A stretch of DNA of 63,706 nucleotides, filler included, from Asterionella formosa (lineage: Eukaryota): the NCBI GenBank assembly GCA_002256025.1. It is 28 parts of 28 records of this genome, joined end to end, with 100 filler letters (N's around TTAATTAATTAA, not from the genome) between each part and the next. Parts side by side here need not be neighbours in the genome. Positions count along the whole stretch, not along the records: positions 33,069 to 49,936 come from NKIB01004697.1; positions 50,037 to 51,084 come from NKIB01004698.1; positions 51,185 to 52,232 come from NKIB01004699.1; 25 more parts are not named here. One strand, given 5' to 3'. Shown here piece after piece: positions 38,701 through 51,489 of the stretch. How positions within the stretch are numbered: position 1 is the first letter of the stretch; every line of letters begins with the position of its first letter. A program made the translations under genes and the position numbers. Below the pieces are notes generated by a model. The model ran no database searches. It had not been told where the DNA came from and saw only the letters and a program-made list of their open reading frames with translations.

Positions 38701-39730
38701 TGGGAGGACGTTCCTTGTTGTAATAATTATAAATTAATATTACCCAATTTCTATACTATGAGCCAGTGAATTGAGACTTTTAACAAGGTGGGTTGAATAA
38801 ATATTGATGAAGTTATAGGGGAGTCAGTATTGGAAAACCATCATTACCAAATGGTGTGGTTTTGTTATGAAATGACATAGTGACCTCATCTGGAGGACGT
38901 TCCTTGTTGTATTAATTATATATTAATAGTACCATATTCTATACAATGGGCCAGTGAATTGAGACGTTCAACAAGGTGGGTTGATTGACTCTTGATGAAG
39001 TTATAGGGGAATCAGTATTGGTAAACCATTATTACCAAATGGTGTGGTTTTGTTATGAAATGAGACCTCATCTGAAGAACGTTCCTTGTTGTATAAATTA
39101 AATATTGATAGTTTCTTATTCTATACTATTGGACAGTGAATAGAGACGTTCAACAAGGTGGGTTGATGGAGCATTGATGTAGTTATAGGAGAATCAGTAT
39201 TGGTAAACCATCATTACCAAATGATCTGGTGTGGTTATGAAATGACATAGTGACCTCATCTGGAGGATGTTTCTCCTTGCATAAATGACAGATTGATATT
39301 CCCTTATTCTATACTATGAGCTAATGAAATTAGAAGTACAAAATGGTGTGTTGATTAAATATTGATGAAGTTACAGAGGAATCAGTATTGGTAAACCATG
39401 ATTACCAAATTGAGTGGGGTTTTTGTTATGATATGACATAGTGACCTTATTGGGAGGATGTTCCTTGTTGCTGTATTAATTATATATTGATATTACCCTA
39501 TTCTATACTATGAGCCAGTGAATTGAGACGTTTAACAAGGTGGGTTGATTTAATATTGATGAAGCTATAGGGGAGTCAGTATTGGAAAACCATGATTACC
39601 AAATGGTCTGCGTGGTTTTGTTATGAATTGACATAATGACCTCATCTCGAGGATGTTCCTTGTTGTATGAATGACATATTGATAGTACCTTTTTCTTTAC
39701 TCAGTGTCGATGAATTGAGCCGTTCATCAT
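38701..39730. repeat. Tandem array, ~189-bp unit, ~5.5 copies
   Basis: Units start near 38701, 38891, 39073, 39261, 39451 and 39648 (GGAGGAYGTTCCTTGTTG...CAGTATTGG.AAACCAT.ATTACCAAAT...GACCTCATC). Confidence 0.92.
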
Positions 39731-41139
39731 GGTGTAGTCGCATCGTCCATATTTCGTCGGACAAACCAGGAAATCGATATATTTGATGTTGGTAGCAAGT
39801 TTTTGCTCCTGTCATGCATGTGATGATGCTTAACGGATATTCTCCCGGTACCGGTAGTCATCTAATCCACATACGTCCGTGGTACTAAAAACGACCATGC
39901 ATGGTTTACTAAGCTAAACTTTAACGCTTACTTTGATCACGTTATAATATTATCTCTGTAGACTCGGTATTGTTTTTACGAGACCAGAATGTTAAACTTT
40001 ATCGTTCACATATTCATTGATTTTACGTACCGTATGCCGGATTTCGTCCTCACAATTATAGTTCTCACTCTATCTTGCCTGCCTTTGCTCTATTCGGGCT
40101 TGCAATAGGCAACGTTCGTCTTTTTTTGATACCATCGTCTGCTGCTTGTTATGCTAGTTGAAGCGGATCGGTGAGTACAACAGTGAAACACTGAATGTGG
40201 GTTGAAGATCGTATTTATCGACTTTCCGATTTGATTGCTTCCGTGGTTTGTTTTGATTGCTTCCGTCGTTGTTTGTCGTTCCGCACTGTCGGTTTGTTTC
40301 GATTGTATATATCTACATAAGAACCAATGCATTCATCAATGACTAGCTACTCATTGAAGATGTGGTATTGTGCCGTTGTTGATCGTATTTGTTGATTTGT
40401 ATAGTCGTTGACAATGATGTCAATATTGCCGCCAAGCAATGCATTTCTTGTACTAACGCGCTTCATATCAGAGACTACGTATATTCAGCTAGAAAGAGTC
40501 GATAGTGCTGGAGCAGCCTGGCGATTATACTCAATCAGAATGGATTGGAATGGAATGATGATCAGGGTTGTTTGGTGGGAGGAACGAGGACTGTGGGCGG
40601 AAGGACTGCAACTTGTGGCAGCCTACTACAGGATACGCATGGTAGCAGCAACCAGACCATCTATCCAACATAACGATGCAGGTCAAATTGGGTTCAGCTT
40701 TTTCCATTCTTATTTCGTTTCTTGATTGTGTGGTGATGGATATTCAATTGCCTGTGTAAGTAGTACTACAATGTCACAATGCATACATCTCCATTGAAAC
40801 TCTTATTCTTTCTTACTTCATTTCTAACCCAAAACAATTTTTTCTATTTCTCATTTGATGCTACTTATTACATCGCATTTCATACTTTGGTTGCTCCAAA
40901 CATCATGTTCAATTTTCATTGATGTTGCATGTTACAATCATTCTCGTGTGTTTTACGCTTGTTGTACCAGCATCTCTATGCATATATTACCGTTATTCTG
41001 GTTGTCATGCTAAAATCGGCAATTTTATTGCCGAAAAATTCGATGTGCCCCATATTGCCCTTAAATTAAAATTACTTAGAGCCTAAAAATTACTTAGAAG
41101 TACCCGAATGGCAAGACAATAGCTGGAGCGGGAATTGCC

Positions 41140-41619
41140 AGGAGATTCTTTCTTGGTGCCACTTGTGCCTTCGTTGTTCTTGTTGTTCGGATGAGTGAAG
41201 CTGCCGTTTACAGCATCGCCTTTGTCGTTTGGATGAGTGTTCTTTTTCCTCTGCTTCCTTAGCTAAATGACAGAGGAAGAAGAAATCAAGATCACTACTA
41301 TCATCATTATCATCAAGTAAATCAAATGGTGACAGCATGATTCATGCAATGGTGTGTTTTTAATATAATATATAGTTTACCAGTAATTATATTTTATGTT
41401 GCTCATTATATTCGTGGAGGGATATACACATGATCTTTGCCAGCCAGGAGCTGCTGTTGAAGATCCATGTTACTCCATGATACAATGTGATCACAAATTA
41501 GTGATACAGTGACACTTTTGGAATGAATGAAATTCAGTTCAAATCGAGTTACCGTTGCTGATACATTTTCAAAATAATTCAAATTCCATGATACACGAAA
41601 AATTGGATAAGAACGGCCC
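41140..41619 (-). mobile_element. PIF/Harbinger end with a truncated transposase-like N-terminus (41338-41140)
   Basis: GATAAGAACGGCCC|TAA TIR ending 41619 with TGATAC repeats; ORF has an acidic start and RRHKWHQERISW. Confidence 0.5.
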
Positions 41620-41987
41620 TAATAAGATTGGGCCTGTATCACGGAGTTTGGGTTCACCCTTGTCTCAATTGGTTCATCCTCATTTACCAAATGAGGCAAA
41701 CTACATCCTCAGCAATAGAAATAGCTGGTCTTGGTGAACTTCATGTCATGCATCTTTGACATTAAACATCAGGTGTATGTGTTCACACAAGAGCTCAATT
41801 GGAATCCATTTCAGCTGGTAGGAACTTTCTGCGGAAATAATTTTAAAAAGCTCAAATTAACTGAGATTACGTGCCCTCATGGATCCATTGACTCATTCTT
41901 TAAATCCAGACGGTTGAGATGCTCAAACTGGAGTTGGATCTGCGAGACCACAATAAGGTACAAAGAAAAGCGATGGTCAGTTGCTTG

Positions 41988-42222
41988 GGGTTGAAAGTTT
42001 CTTGCATGGAGCTATAGAGCAAAAGTGTTAGGCCTAACGCTTTCTTCATTCACAAAGCATTTTTGCGCCCTTTTTGATATATTTTAGAAGGGTTAGGGTT
42101 CAAAGTTTCTTGCACGCAGCTATTGAGCAAAAGTGTTAGGCCTTATTTTAGAAGGATTAGGGTTCAAAGTTTCTTGCATGCAGCTATAGAGCAAAAGTGT
42201 TAGGCCTAACGCTTTCTTCATT
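41988..42222. repeat. Three local copies of a ~48-bp unit
   Basis: GGGTT.AAAGTTTCTTGCA...AGCTAT.GAGCAAAAGTGTTAGGCCT near 41988, 42096 and 42160. Confidence 0.75.
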
Positions 42223-43018
42223 CACATATGTACTCAAGCAATTTTATAGCCATTTATATACTAACCAAAATATTCATTCTTTGAATTCGTCAACTAGAGT
42301 GCAGGACGCTGAACATAGAAATAGCTACCAGGGATGCTTCTATATAAAAACGGGTTCCTTCCGGCTTGTCGTCAGGCTGATTCCAGACTCTCTTTAAGGC
42401 CCAAATTGAAAGCTTTAGCATTTCCTTCCTCTAACTTGATATACATCAATAGATAGTACTTCTCTCGTGAATCAAAGGGCTACAAATCATGAAAGGCCCT
42501 GTTATACCATACAAATGAATAAAACTGGTACTAATTGTGCCCATTTATTTGGGCACAAGTTCAATTATTGGATAGCTTTAAAATACTATAAGATATAATT
42601 GAGAATTGACTTTAATGCAAGAACTTTCTGCAAAGCAAAACCATACTGATGCATTCACAGATTGTCAACAAATTCATGATAAAAACAAGCGCACTATGAT
42701 AAAATGTGGGATGTCATGCTTTATCAGATTTTATTTGATCATCCCTAAGAGAGTACTCAATTAATGTCTCTTGAAAACGGAATTATTACATAAACATGCA
42801 TGTGACCATGGAATGAAGACATTAGTTGCTTGACAAGTCCATCATATTTTTCTTGTGGCCTAGTTCCTGCTTGATCCAGGCCACAATGAATATTATTGCA
42901 ACAGGTGAATTATTTTGGCTATTTAAATGATGTTACTACACACATAAATGGACAGCTTACAGTTTACGACCACTACAGCCATACAAAAGATGGGAGACTA
43001 GTCATTTTTGCATTCTGC

Positions 43019-45565
43019 CTACTCGATGCCAAAACCAATGCAAGAAGTGGTCACAGCCACCCTAAGTTTCTCTTCAAGCTCCTTCTTCGACTGGTAGTCA
43101 GGTAGGTCAAGGCGATTGAAACATGTATGAGCCCGTGGGTAAAAACAGGAATTTTTATCCACTCCATGAATGGCAAACTTTTTGATATTTCCATCATTTC
43201 CTTGCAGCACAGAAAACCCTCGGGATGGCACCCCTGATGTTCCAGTGACAAATTGCAGCAATCGAGCCTTGGTTTCTTGATCAAAGTCATCTCGTACAAC
43301 CTCCCAGAACCAGTTCACAATGTGATTGTACTTGCTATTTTTGTCTTCGTAAAGACCAGAATAGATTGAATTTGCTTCCCAATCAGCCATGTCCAGGTGA
43401 GGGAGACCACAGAGTAAGAGCTCTATTTCTTGGTGATCGAAAACAGACAGAGCTGGCTCAGGAATGACATCAAAGAACCCAAGAAGGAGCTCCGTCAATT
43501 GGGGACGAACTCGATCCAACATGCGATACTTAAGGTTAGCTTCCAAATAGTCAGAAATGTTTTCGTTAGTTACTTCTTTCATAGAACCACCAGGAATAAG
43601 TTCTACCTCCTTGCGAGTACCAAGAGTCTCTTCAGTAGCAGTGAAATCAAGACATGTCATTGAAACATCCTCCATATTAGAGAGCTTCTTTAGCGACTTG
43701 TAATACTCATCATCCTCATGCTCTAAATCTTGAAAGGTAATTGGCCAGCCCAGCAGATGTTTGTAGAGATGACGGACCATATGTCCTTTAATAAGTTGCC
43801 GATCAAAGAGTGCTCGGCCCATGACACGGCCAAGGAATCGATAATAGACAAGATGATCATCAGGGCAGGATATATCTGTATAATGGGAAGGAGGATTTAT
43901 TTATGATGTGAACAAAAGCACATAAATTGATACAAAACAACAACGTTACAACCATGACTCACTGCTTGCTGGATTAATGGTCATGCACATTTGATTGTGT
44001 GCCGAGGACAACCATAGTCCCCTATCTGGATCGAATAGTTGTTCTGATACATGTTCAAACCACTCCCTTGCCAACCCACCAGCATCAACACCTTGCTCCC
44101 CAGAAAATTCAAATCTCCACCTCTTGCGCATGTCATCACGACCCAATGCCATGATAGCTTCAACACTGTCATGCAACAGGACAGAACGACGTACAACTAT
44201 CTTGACATGCCCATCGTCCCAAGATCCCATGAGTTGACTACAAAGTGATTGAAACCACACTGTCTTTTCATCCAATGTTTTCCCCTGAACAGTTGCTACA
44301 TCAGCATATGACATGAGAGTGGCTGAATTCACAACCAGTTTTGAATCCACCACAGCGTCTTGTGCCGGTACCAACTCCAGTGCTCCTGTTCGCATCCTCG
44401 CATCGTTTCCTTCCAGAAATGTAATTTTCCGAACATATGCTGCATTTTGGAAGTTCACCTTTCCATCTTGTTCCAGGACAACTTCATTATTTTGAACACG
44501 AACCCACTGGAACTTCAAATCATCTACTCGAATGGTTCGTTGCCATGCGTTTCCTTCATAGCTCAGTTTTATATTCCCCACGATTTGCTGCACTGGCAAT
44601 TGAAACCTAATCTTTTGTCCTGGGTCTGTCCCAGGAGGACAAGTGACCAAAACTCGTTGTTCATTTGCCATGAGCGTGAATGGCTGCCCTGGCCGCACGC
44701 CAGCAGGGACAACTACTTCAAAGACTTGAGTCTTGGGTGCAGCCAGGGGCTCCTCTCTGACCGATGGGGGAACAATCCTTACCTTCATATTGGGTCCGGC
44801 ATTGGCAGGACATGTGACCATGAATCTCTGTCCTTCTAGTGCCACCATAAATTGCATTCCCGGATATACATTGCCTGGAATCGTGACCAAAAATGTTTGT
44901 GCAGTCCCCCCCTTTTCTTTGGCTGCTCGGTTGACTTCCACAACTTCTGGAGACATGGGTAAAGCTCCTCCTCCAGCCGGATAATCATTGGAAGCCGTGA
45001 GCGATGCAGCCTTGAGCAGAAGTGAGTTTGTTTTTGGTTCTGGTGGCAGAGTAATTTGAAGTGACTGTCCTGGCCTTGACGTTGGAGGGCATCGGACCCT
45101 CACCCGGCGAGATCCAGCGTGAACTTGAAATTCGTCTCCAGGTCTGACTCCATCAGGCACTGTGACGCGGAATACTTGGGCCGGTCCATCAGCAGTCCGA
45201 GTCACGGCATAGGCTCCTGGTCGTGACGTTTCCGAGGGTGAGCTACTCGAAATGGGTGTTGGCGTTTGTTGTTGTTGCTGCGGCTCCATCGAAATGTGCG
45301 TTCCACGAATAACGATGCGACTATTAGTTCGCGGGATTGTCGAGGGTAGCGACGACGTCGTCTCGTTGAGCCCAGGATGTATCTGATTGTGAGTGACTGG
45401 TTCTGCTGCTATACTGAGGCTACCGATATCAGGAGTTTCTTGTTGCGCTGCTGCTGCTGCTGTTTGTTGGCGCTGTTGAAGGGCACGTTGTCCAGGATAG
45501 GCCAATAGAGAGCTGTTGCTGTTGCTGTTGCTTCCGCCGCCGCCCATGATGCGGAAAATGGGCAT
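43019..45565 (-). CDS. HECT E3 ubiquitin ligase (NEDD4-like HECT, no C2/WW); exons 45565-43963 and 43875-43019
   Basis: FSGEQGVDAGGLAREWF, LLQFVTGTS and catalytic PRAHTCFNRLDLP; GTGAGT...TACAG intron 43962-43876 restores frame. First ATG taken as start. Confidence 0.95.
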
Positions 45566-47011
45566 GATTGCTAACTGCAGTTGCTGACACCTAAGGACGG
45601 ACTGAGTGAACGTTTCGATGAATGGCAACACCACTTGCTGCACATGAGCGAGGCGAAGGAGTGAACGAACAGAGATTCGATCGATCGAACGAAGCAGCAG
45701 CGGGTAAAACTATTACCGGTACTATGGTACCTGGTACTAGGGTATTGTACTTCGTAATGTAACCGGCACTGTACAAGTTAATACCACAACGTGCTGTGTG
45801 GCACTCTACTCACTACCGTTATAGGGTACACGCAAAAAAAGGCCCAACAAACCCGGTACACGACTTGACGAGCTACACGAAGTCGTGAAATAATCGATTT
45901 TTGCTGTGTTGTCGCGGTCTTGTTTCAGAAGTCGTCATCATATGCATGTCGTACCGGGAAATACAGCCATAGTAGTATGGCTGTAGCATCAATAATTCTA
46001 TATATTTGTATCTGCAAGTTGCAGTAAATGGACCATCTTCTTGCAGTCAAATAAGAAACATTTAGTCTGCAACATTATGGAATATTCAATTCGAATATTA
46101 AATTGTGCTAGTCATTGTAGTAGTATTCATTGTATATGATAATTTTTGGATCAAAAATATGATCAAGGTATGTTGTAACTAGTATGATGATTCATTAATA
46201 TTTTACCGACCTTGAAATGTAATGATAATAAGAACATTATCATCACACAATGTATATAAACTGATCAACAACATTTCCCATCTATATCATAAACCTTCTC
46301 ATATTATTTTCACTTCTCGTGATCGCCCGATGTAAATTATATCTACAATGCATCCTAAAATCAGCTTAACTCTATGCTATCATGTGAATTGTTTTATCAT
46401 ATATCTATCTTAAACATGATCATAAAAGTAATCACAAGCATTGTTTAAAATAGATTGAAATGGATTTTAATTTAACTATCAAATTTAGCATTGCTATCTA
46501 CTATGATTTTACAGGCCAGCGACCCGAAGTCTCTCTCTGCTTGGCTCAATGTATATTGTTGCTGTCTCGCCTTCCTTTATTCTGAATCATGTGTGAGGCA
46601 GTGCCAACTAATGTTTGCGACTCTTTTCCTGCTGTTAGTGTCACTCTGAACTCGCCGACTATTCCGTTGTTTGATTGGTTTTATTGTCCTACTATGCAGT
46701 TACAGTAACAATGAGAAGAAATGATTCGCTTGTGGAAGTGCAACTGGTGTGATGGTAACCGAGTGTAGCAATTATTGAACAGAGCACAGTGTAATATGCA
46801 TGTTCCGCCAGTGTAGTGTTTACACAATACATATATATAAGGAAAAACAACATGATGATGAACGTGATGGCTGGTTGTGGAGCATACCAGTATGTGATAT
46901 GCATCAACCCATACCACATATAATATTATGGTGATGTATATATCAATGCATCCGTATACATAGATCCTATTCACTATATAATACTATCATATCAATTTTT
47001 TGCTTTTACTG

Positions 47012-47545
47012 TATGGCGACATGCAATGAATGTTAAAATATGCAACAAGGCCATTTCGGCACATCTCAATTTCGACTCACTATGGCGACATGGTGCAATG
47101 AATGTTAAATATGCAACAGCTGTTTCTAAACAAATTTACGAATTCAATCGTTGACAGCTACTCATCCTTTGCTTCTTTTTTACATTGTACTTGCTAAAGT
47201 TATCGCTGTATACTTAGTATAGCCAATCCGAAAAGGAGAAGGCCATTGCGGCACATCTCAATTTTGAGTCAGCACAACTATGATGGCGACATGCAATGAA
47301 TGTTAAAATAGCATGTAACAGCTGTTTCTAAACAAATTTACAAATTCAACTGTTGACTGATACTCATCCTTTGCTTCTTTTTCTACATTGTACTTGCTAG
47401 ACTTATCGCTGTAGACTATTTGTAGCCGCTCCGAAAAGGAGAAGGCCATTGCGGCACATTATCTCAATTTCAAGTCAGCACGACTACAGCGACATGCAAT
47501 GAATGTTAAAATATGCAACAGCTGTTTCTAATCAAATGTACGAAT
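47012..47545. repeat. Tandem array, ~200-bp unit, ~2.7 copies
   Basis: AAGGCCATT.CGGCACAT...GCGACATGCAATGAATGTTAAAATA...CAGCTGTTTCTAA recurs near 47047, 47239 and 47442. Confidence 0.85.
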
Positions 47546-47879
47546 TCTATTGTGGAAAGCTTCTTTGCCAGTTCAGATCAAAGAAATATGTCGGAGCGGA
47601 CAAGATAATAAGTGAATCGGAATTGGCGACTCTTTCTTTGCTTCATTCATGGTGAAAGCAGCATAATTTCACTTTTATACTGTCATGATGGCTAGTTGGT
47701 CAACATATATTGTCGCGAACACAAATAATAATCACATAATAATTCGATAAGTGACGGAAAAAGTAACATAATATTTTCGAAAAGTAGCATAAATTCGTCA
47801 CTTTAGGAATAAATTCGAAAAATTGCCGTAAATGGCGCCATATATTTTAACCCATGAATTTGTAGAAAACATGCACGCA

Positions 47880-48967
47880 AGGAAAACATGAGCAGAGTTA
47901 GCTGTCAGTATGATAATTCGCTCTGCGTAGAATTTCCACGCAAGAGGAACAGGAACAGGGTTAGTAGTGTTAGTAATCATGTTAATTTGACAGGCCTTAG
48001 GTTTGGCCATTGTTTCGCTATCCCATGTATGGCCGGCAGCATTAAAATTGCATGTGCTCTGCCATTACCACTTAGTAGTTTAAAATTACCGCATACAAAT
48101 TGACACTTGACATCCTTTTTCCCTTGATACAACAAATGACTGCATTCAGCAATTCGAAGATGACCTTTTGTTAAAAATCGACACTAGTCACGCTTGTTTT
48201 CTTGATGTATCACAGGATTCTCTTCAACTTCAAAACACTATTCTTGCCTTCAGCGATGCGAAGACGATGTTGTGTTATGCATAGTAGAACTCATACTTGC
48301 AGATGTGCTTGAGATGATCTTTGAATGATTGTTGACTCTTGAAGTAAGTCAAAATCAACAAGCGAATCATTTGTTTTATGTTCTTATCATTTTTCCCTTT
48401 AAACTCTTGCTGCCACACATCGGGCATTAAGTAAATGACAATCAACCTCAAATCGTCGTTGGCCAAGACCTCCTGATCTCCTTCTGGATGAGGCATCATG
48501 AGCTTGAGGAGATTATTTAAATTCTTGAGACAGGCAGCAAAGTCCATCAATACCATGTTGAAATGTTTTATCGAGTATTATCATGGCATCCACAGATGCT
48601 GACTCTCAAAGATATCATGAGGAAGATAACCCTCCAGGCACATCACCATGAATTTTTTTAGACTGTCATGGGACTGAGCATCTGGTTGTATTGCAGCACT
48701 CATCCAATCAGACAAGGCGATATCTGTGAGGCATCTTTTGTTGCAGTAGAAGAACAAGCAAGTAATCTGCTGGACTGAACAAGGTACATGTGTTAGCCAT
48801 GTCACAGGATTTACTGAAATCAGTCAACAAGCTTCCACTGAGTGTCCATTGATCATATTTTTGTTAAAAGACTCAAAACATCGACCTAGTAGGGATACAC
48901 AAAGAGGTCTGAGTCTTAATGTTTAGCATGTTGTTCTCCTTCATCAAGCAATGGTACCACTGGGACT
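47880..48967 (-). mobile_element. Degenerate Gypsy leader/gag remnant related to the 197-bp-LTR family
   Basis: 48920-48970 matches the sequence just inside the 5' LTR (54629-54675); 47895-47990 matches 27865-27960; gag-like LKNLNNLL...DDLRLIV..LMPDVWQQEF. Confidence 0.6.
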
Positions 48968-49499
48968 TGACGTATTCGAAAGCGTCCACCGGGCCAGTGG
49001 ATGCTTTCGAATACGTCATTGTCACATTTGGGCAATATTTTGTTCTAAGTTATTAAAAAAAATATTTCATCAGCTTATATGCAAACCACCTTTTTTCTCA
49101 AATTCTCTGTCATCATTCATACTCTTGCCTTATCAGCCATTTGAATGAGTGAGAAACACCAGCCAATGTGTAAATTTTCATTGCTGCATCATCAGCATCA
49201 AGAAGCAACAAAAACAAAAATTGTCCCTGCATGTAATCCCAACCATGCCTACTCCATCCAATCTTCTGGCAGAGTTTGAAACTACACAGTATCTGTTTGG
49301 AGGATAGAGCTTTGGTTGTGCAAAGATTGTGGAGGAGAAGGTAAGCCCATTGCTGCTGGTGTCAGAGTACTTATCACAATCCTCGGCACCTTCATTGTTG
49401 ATTGTCAACTGTCATTGCTAGAATGTCCTCTACATGGTTTGAGTGCTGGTTAATGAATGCAATAGTCTGGAAGGAAAAGCACATGTCTGTAGCCAGCCT

Positions 49500-49653
49500 A
49501 AACCTTTGAATATTCGTGATGCTTTAGGGTGATACGAATTCTATCAAATTTTTTCTTGAGAATGAATATTTTCATTTTAAATCGAATACCGGTAGCCGTT
49601 GCATGATACTTTTCTAAATATTTTGATACCCTATCCAAAATGATGAGAACCCC
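49500..49653 (-). mobile_element. Degenerate PIF/Harbinger element end
   Basis: Reverse complement aligns with 53482-53630. Confidence 0.6.
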
Positions 49654-49790
49654 TGAGTTTTTAGATGGTATTGGTACCAGTACCACCACCGGTATCATAG
49701 TCACAACAGGGCTCACTTTTGTTTCAAGATTGATACGAGGTTGCCCTCTTTTCACTTCCATTTATTTGGACTTCCCTATCAGATACCATC

Positions 49791-49936
49791 ATGTCGACAA
49801 GAACGAAGGTTTGGTTCCAGTTGTTTCTTGGACGCAAAGCACAAGTGCCCTTGTATGTCACTTTGAATCCGAATGATGACGTTGCAGACTTGATGGATGC
49901 CGTGAAGATTAAATGTGAAAATAGTTTAAGTACCAT
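49791..49936 (+). CDS. Crinkler (CRN)-like N-terminal ubiquitin-like header, truncated by contig end
   Basis: KVWFQLF...DDVADLMDAVKIKC..SL; paralogous to 52353. Confidence 0.65.
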
Positions 49937-50201
49937 NNNNNNNNNNNNNNNNNNNNNNNNNNNNNNNNNNNNNNNNNNNNTTAATTAATTAANNNNNNNN
50001 NNNNNNNNNNNNNNNNNNNNNNNNNNNNNNNNNNNNGTTAAGTTGTTTTCGATGTTGCCAGTCCTTGTAAAATTTTCGTCTGCACAAGTAATTTTGTGAC
50101 GAGTTCCTTGAGTCTACATTCAAGTGAACAACGAACAATAAGCAGTACGTGCTAAGGATATGCAATAGGATTACTTTTAGAAAATTGAATCGACTCCATA
50201 T

Positions 50202-50828
50202 CTATGCACTGGTGGAAGCCTTAAGGTAGGCAATGAGATCCTTGCGCTCGGCAGGCTTCTTGATTCCAGCGAATACCATCTTGGTACCCTATATACATGG
50301 ACGGAGTGGAAAATGTCGAGAAACACGGAGAAATAAGGTGTGAGTCAAAGTTCGGGTTGACAACACTTTTTGTCATATTTCTTATCGCCCAAAACGGAAC
50401 TCCAACAGACAGTTGATGGAATTCAATAAAGGAAAAATGCAAGAATGGTAAAATGGCAACCACTCAAAATGTCTTCACAACGGAATGGATTCACTCTGGC
50501 CAACATTGCCACCACAGCATGCCTATGCCTCCGATGCACCAAGACACGCACGCAAAGACGAACAAAAGGGCGTAACACTGCGTACCTTGATGTACTTCTT
50601 AGGGTTCTCCAAGTATTCAAAGAGCGTTTCGTCTCCCCAAGTAATTCCCGACTTTTTGTTGGCACTTGAGTAGGAGTATCCATCCGCCTGACCGGATTGA
50701 CGACCAAAGAATCCATGAAGATTCGGTCCCTGCTTGTGAGCACCCCCGGCTTCCACAGTGTGACACTGCGAGCACTTGGTCTTGAAGACCTTGGCTCCCT
50801 TCTTTTCATTTCCGTCTTCCTTAGCCAT
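50202..50828 (-). CDS. CYC1: Mitochondrial cytochrome c, 109 aa; exons 50828-50586 and 50288-50202
   Basis: CSQCH heme motif, [33 protein letters not shown]...TATAG intron 50585-50289. Confidence 0.97.
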
Positions 50829-51414
50829 GGTGATAACGACGAGTTTCAAATAAATGCAATTGCAAGTTTATGAACGATTTCTTATGGCCTCTTTTTTGTT
50901 TAGAGAAGGCGATTTGCATACTGACTTCGTGCATGGCTGTGTTTTTCCCACTTGCGCCACATGTATCATTGCGTGCTATTTCTCGCTCGCTGACGGTGCA
51001 AAAAACTGTGAAGATTTTGCACGGTGGGGGAGGAGACTGGCGATTCTTGGGTATCGGATCTCAGTGGAAATGAACGTGAAAATANNNNNNNNNNNNNNNN
51101 NNNNNNNNNNNNNNNNNNNNNNNNNNNNTTAATTAATTAANNNNNNNNNNNNNNNNNNNNNNNNNNNNNNNNNNNNNNNNNNNNATTTGTGTTTGTGTTA
51201 ACCTAATTTTTTACAGGTAGTAATAGCAGTGTAATACATACATAAAATTGTGGTTATTCATGTATGACTTCACATATTTTCCTGAAATATTTCAAGACTT
51301 GTTTCCTCATTCATACCCAAAATGGCTTGCTCTTCTTGCCAAAATGGGTATTCATAGTATACATATACAGATCAATCATCCTAATGGTATGTATATATAT
51401 ATGTACATCAATCA

Positions 51415-51489
51415 GGGGAATAGCTTATTGGTAATTGGTTACCAGTAGCTAACCTTCCAAGGTGGTGGGTTCGATTCCTGCATTCTCCA
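51415..51489 (+). pseudogene. tRNA-Gly(TCC)-like pseudogene or SINE head
   Basis: Acceptor GGGGAAT/ATTCTCC, A-box-like TAGCTTATTGG, CTTCCAA anticodon-like loop, B box GGTTCGATTCC; D and anticodon stems poorly paired. Confidence 0.5.

Noticed and set aside
38701..39730. CRISPR-like array
   Set aside because: Units are homologous along their whole length with no unique spacers, and there are no cas genes; the same holds for 14946-15830 and 47012-47545.
45566..45643. ORF-track N-terminal extension of the HECT gene; cytochrome c ORF tail VRSVTPF...
   Set aside because: The first relies on a non-ATG start upstream of the first ATG; the second is read-through into the intron.
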